Below, one piece after another: positions 62,805-64,000 of a stretch of 64,000 nt of DNA. Under the pieces are notes generated by a model that had not been told where the DNA came from, did no database searches, and was given only the letters and a program-made list of their open reading frames with translations. Source of the stretch: Sphaerodactylus townsendi. Lineage: Eukaryota. Every line of letters begins with the position of its first letter. Position 1 is the first letter of the stretch. Made by a program: the position numbers and the translations under genes. The stretch is taken from assembly GCF_021028975.2 (NCBI RefSeq), contig NC_059427.1:101680001-101744000 (forward strand). The letters are read 5' to 3'.

Positions 62805-64000
62805 TCAGGCTTTTGACAAAGTTCCTCACCAGAGACTGTTGAGAAAACTCAGCAATGAAGGAATAAGAGGGGAAGTCCTCCTATGGATTAAAAAGTGGTT
62901 GAGGAACAGGAAACAAAGGGTGGGTATAAATGGGAAGTTCTCACAATGGAGAGATGTAGGGAGTGGTGTCCCCCAAGGATCCGTTTTGGGACCAGTGCTC
63001 TTTAACCTATTCATAAATGACCTGGAAGTAGGGGTGGGTAGCAGCAGGCCAAGCTCTTGCAGATGATAACAAATTATGTAGGGGTGGTGGAGAACCACAA
63101 ACATCATGAAGAGCTCCAAGCGGACCTTGATAAATTAGATGAGTGGGCTCAGAAATGGCAAATGCAGTTCAATGTAGCAAAATGTAAAGTGATGCACATA
63201 GGGGCAAAAAAAATCCAAACTTCACATACACGCTACAGGGGTCAGTGCTATCAGTCACAGACCAGGAAAGGGATTTGGGCGTCTTAGTTGATAGTTCCAT
63301 GGGAATGTCAACTCAATGCATGGCAGCTGTAAAAAAGGCAAACTCTATGCTGGGGATCATTAGGAAAGGAGCTGGATAATAAAACTGCAAGCATTGTCAT
63401 GCTCCCATATAAAGCATGTGGAAGCGACCGCGACTTGGAGTACTGTGTCCAGTTCTGGTCGCCACATCTCAAAAAGGATGTCAAAGAGATAGAAAAAGTG
63501 CAGAGAAGGGCAACGAGGATGATTGAAGGATTGGAGCACCTTCCTTATGAGGAGAGGCTGCAGCGTTTGGGACTCTTTAGTTTGGAGAGGAGACGTCTGA
63601 GGGGTTATATGATTGAAGTCTATAAAATTATGCATGGGGTAGAAAATGTTGACAGAGAGAAATTTTTCTCTCTTTCTCACAATACTAGAACCAGGGGGCA
63701 TTCATTGAAAATGCTGGGGGGAAGAATTAGGACTAATAAAAGGAAACACTTCTTCACGCAACGTGTGATTGGTGTTTGGAATATGCTGCCACAGGAGGTG
63801 GTGATGGCCACTAACCTGGATAGCTTTAAAAGGGGCTTGGACAGATTTATGGAGGAGAAGTCGATTTATGGCTACCAATCTTGATCCTCCTTGATCTGAG
63901 ATTGCAAATGCCTTAACAGACCAGGTGATCGGGAGCAACAGCCGCAGAAGGCCATTGCGTTCACATCCTACATGTGAGCTCCCAAAGGCACCTGGTGGGC
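62805..64000 (+). mobile_element. CR1 LINE, RT C-terminal half and 3' UTR, runs off the window end
   Basis: Peptides [50 protein letters not shown] and KVQRRATRMI. Several indels. Confidence 0.95.

Noticed and set aside
1-64000. SLIT-hosted miR-218 hairpin
   Set aside because: I did not see the mature sequence by eye, and its known host intron lies further upstream in the gene than these exons.
1-64000. CRISPR arrays, operons or other prokaryotic systems
   Set aside because: The sequence is clearly vertebrate intronic DNA; its repeats are TE-derived or two-copy duplications without spacers.

Overview
Vertebrate (squamate, probably gecko) genomic DNA. The repeats are Squam3-type and 5S/Sauria SINEs, CR1, L2, RTE-X-like and Penelope elements. 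The window holds seven consecutive + strand internal coding exons of a SLIT gene, best matching SLIT3: the end of LRR domain 4, LRRCT4 and EGF1-EGF5. All exons have GT-AG boundaries and compatible phases and splice into one open frame of 831 nt. The other ~98% is intron, densely filled with transposable elements, and there is one assembly gap. Most ORFs in the supplied track are spurious or TE fragments. The most interesting signals are: (1) four Penelope-derived minimal hammerhead ribozyme motifs in SLIT3 introns, three in the sense orientation and one of those with an intact core; (2) near-identical inverted repeat copies bracketing exon groups, which are circRNA/skipping/editing substrates; (3) a candidate frame-preserving 18-nt microexon or recursive splice site in a cluster of RBFOX/QKI/branch-point motifs at ~33.7-34.1 kb; (4) hAT MITE insertions whose filled and empty sites are both visible in the window. 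All identifications were made by eye from the sequence and from recalled family consensus features; no searches were run.
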